A stretch of 64,000 bases of DNA, from NCBI RefSeq assembly GCF_964204865.1, contig NC_135252.1:11098001-11162000 (forward strand). Reading direction: 5' to 3'. The notes under the pieces are model-generated. The model searched no databases. It saw only the letters and a program-made list of their open reading frames with translations, and had not been told where the DNA came from. Below, piece after piece: positions 63,604 through 64,000 of the stretch (positions within the stretch are counted from its first letter, which is position 1; each line of letters begins with the position of its first letter). Source of the stretch: Styela clava (lineage: Eukaryota). The translations under genes and the position numbers were made by a program.

Positions 63604-64000
63604 CCCTAGCTTAGCCTATGCTAATTGTAGGAGTCCTCGGATGCAAAGACGCCACAACTAATCTGTTATGACGCCTAAATATGGATTTCGAGTTCATGTA
63701 TTGACATTTTCCTCATAAAATGAGGGCATTATTACGGCTAATACTGTCCGGTTAATTTATGCTTAGCATGCTTTGTTTTCAAGGTTAAAGTGATGGAGCT
63801 TTTCAAGGTTATACGAACTCATTTATTCGATCGCATTTTCGCGATTTCAATTTTGGCAAGATGGTTTCGTCGCAACAGGCTCGTTCAATTAATGGCTTAT
63901 CGGTTGCGTCTTACTGCGCCAACCACTGAACTACAGCTTGAGAAGGTGTACATAAGCCTCTATCGATATTTGTGGCGTTTTGAAAGATTTATTGCAAATA

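Overview
AT-rich, intron-rich animal genomic DNA, probably invertebrate. A tunicate/ascidian is plausible from the repeats and gene content but cannot be proven from the sequence. The ORF track is mostly uninformative, so I built spliced gene models by hand from GT-AG boundaries and intron phase. Every host gene I can support is on the minus strand and encodes a secreted or type I membrane protein. Right to left: (E) the 3' part of a receptor whose tail has two tandem ITAM-like motifs plus further Tyr motifs; (D) a signal peptide-Ig-mucin stalk-TM receptor with TIM-like architecture; (C) a 5-Ig-domain TM receptor with a mariner foldback element in an intron; a 92-aa secreted Kazal-like protein and a probable decayed paralog; (B) a ~1750-aa receptor with 13 six-Cys sushi/CCP domains, 3 Ig, a C-type lectin, FN3, an RPTP-like juxtamembrane region, TM and a short tail, where 12 sushi exons sit in a ~0.9-kb exon+intron tandem array and two splice donors are non-canonical; (A) a paralogous sushi-array gene with live and dead exons and duplicated leader exons, running off the left edge. 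hAT-type elements, MITEs and Helentron-like repeats fill the introns. Overall it looks like a rapidly evolving invertebrate immune/recognition receptor cluster diversified by symmetric-exon duplication (inference).
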